Assembly: GCF_006345805.1 (NCBI RefSeq)
Contig: NC_042999.1
Location: forward strand, 10,974,001-11,038,000
DNA length: 64,000 nucleotides
Reading direction: 5' to 3'
Source: Octopus sinensis
Taxonomy: Eukaryota
Position 1 is the first letter of the stretch; every line of letters starts with the position of its first letter. A program made the position numbers and the translations under genes. Under the pieces are notes generated by a model that searched no databases, was not told the DNA's origin, and worked only from the letters and a program-made list of their open reading frames with translations. Positions 62,814 to 64,000 of this stretch are shown here, in pieces.

Positions 62814-63239
62814 GTAAGGGCTTTTGTTTTTATGTAATAAAACAGAATAAAACTAACAATTCCATGAAAATATAACAAAACATGTTCAAGCCAAAGACTA
62901 TAAGCTAAATTTATAAAAATACTTTTTCTTGCTTTTTTTTTTTTAATTTTATTCTCTCTTTATTATTTTGTGATGTTATCACATGGGGCATCATTTATCA
63001 GAAAACATTAATTTCAGAAGAATATTAGCAGTGAAGTCGATTTCAGCTTCACCTTGTAATTAACCTGTTGTGCTTTACTGAATCAGTTCTTATTATAACC
63101 TTTAGTTAGATGCAGAGTAACTAAACGTTCACAACAGAACCTTCAGGAGGGTCTATTTGATCAGTATTCCCTTAAATCAAGATAAACCACCTCAAAATGA
63201 AAATCCAATAAAAAGGGAAAATATTTTCCCATATATCAA

Positions 63240-63570
63240 CCAAAGCCATGTGAGTGGATTTAGTTGGTGGAAACTGGAAGAAGCCTGACATGTGTGTGTG
63301 TGTATAGGAGTGTCTGTTTGTATTGCTTTGTCTTCAGATCATGTGATAGGTGCAAACATGCATCACGATCACACACAACCAGGGTCCTTCGTTTCCAATC
63401 TTCAGAGTAAACATCTCCAACCATGGGAAAATATGACCTTACTTGGATGGAAAGTAGTGAAGAGTGGTGAGAAGGGAGTCTAATCATAGAAAATCTGCAT
63501 CAACCAATTCTGTCTGACCCAAGCAAGCCTGGAAAACTGGGCATTCAAACAATGATGATGGTGACAACGA
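63240..63570 (+). mobile_element. Chimeric SINE (family B head fragment plus family C tail)
   Basis: caaagccatgtgagtggattt...gaagcc, then (TG)n, then ...gcaagcctggaaaactgggcattcaaacaatgatgatg. Confidence 0.75.
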
Positions 63571-63622
63571 TGCTCAGACCTTTACTACAATGGTGGCAAA
63601 ACTTCCAAATTTTCTATCTTTT

Positions 63623-63780
63623 TATTCTGTTGTGTCTGGGGAGAGTCATTTTCTTTTTGTGCCTTATAATACAACACACTCAGGAGAATAAAAATAAGAA
63701 AAAAGTGGAAATTTTACCAGTGAGTGTGTTAAATTATAAGGCACAAAAAGAAAATGACTCTCCCCAGACACAAGAGAATA
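63623..63780. mobile_element. Foldback with 60-bp arms (41 bp perfect)
   Basis: 63630-63670 is the exact reverse complement of 63733-63773. The match extends to 63623/63780 and 63682/63721 with 3 mismatches. 38-nt spacer. Confidence 0.9.
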
Positions 63781-64000
63781 TGCTTCAGCACACGAACTCA
63801 TATAAAGAACCTTGCAAACCAAATCCAAAAACGAAATCATTCTTTTTATTAATTTGTTCAGTAAAAAAAATCCCGTACTGAATCTCTTCTGGCCGATTTC
63901 ATACAAGAGACATATCAACTGACTTCGTAATGGTGAATGTCAGCTAAATAAATATTTTAAATCAACTTGCAAACAAAAGAGGTGACTTTCAAACTACAAT

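Overview
AT-rich eukaryotic genomic DNA, most likely a cephalopod (Octopus). This is inferred from the dense (TA)n/(CA)n/(GA)n/(CAT)n microsatellites and tRNA-derived SINE families I associate with octopus genomes. There is no bacterial-type gene cluster, CRISPR array, rRNA or true tRNA. About 1-57.6 kb looks like the CpG-poor, intron-dominated body of an unidentified minus-strand gene with small candidate exons. A CpG-retaining promoter-like zone lies at about 57.65-61.5 kb, and one plus-strand exon candidate lies at 62.7 kb. Transposon content: a near full-length Tc1 (DD34E), a deleted mariner and a mariner 3' fragment, a deleted Tigger/pogo, a solo LTR with TSD, a Gypsy relic, RTE LINE pieces, TTAA-flanked MITEs and dozens of SINEs. 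Most notable observations: (1) a ~180-bp inverted repeat at 26.2-26.8 kb whose two arms each carry a minimal type I hammerhead ribozyme core, typical of Penelope-like element pLTRs; (2) an RTE LINE with twin-priming 5' inversion geometry; (3) deletion-plus-inversion structures in several unrelated TE classes; (4) small hairpins placed at a candidate start codon and beside a candidate microexon. Gene models are tentative and were made by eye.
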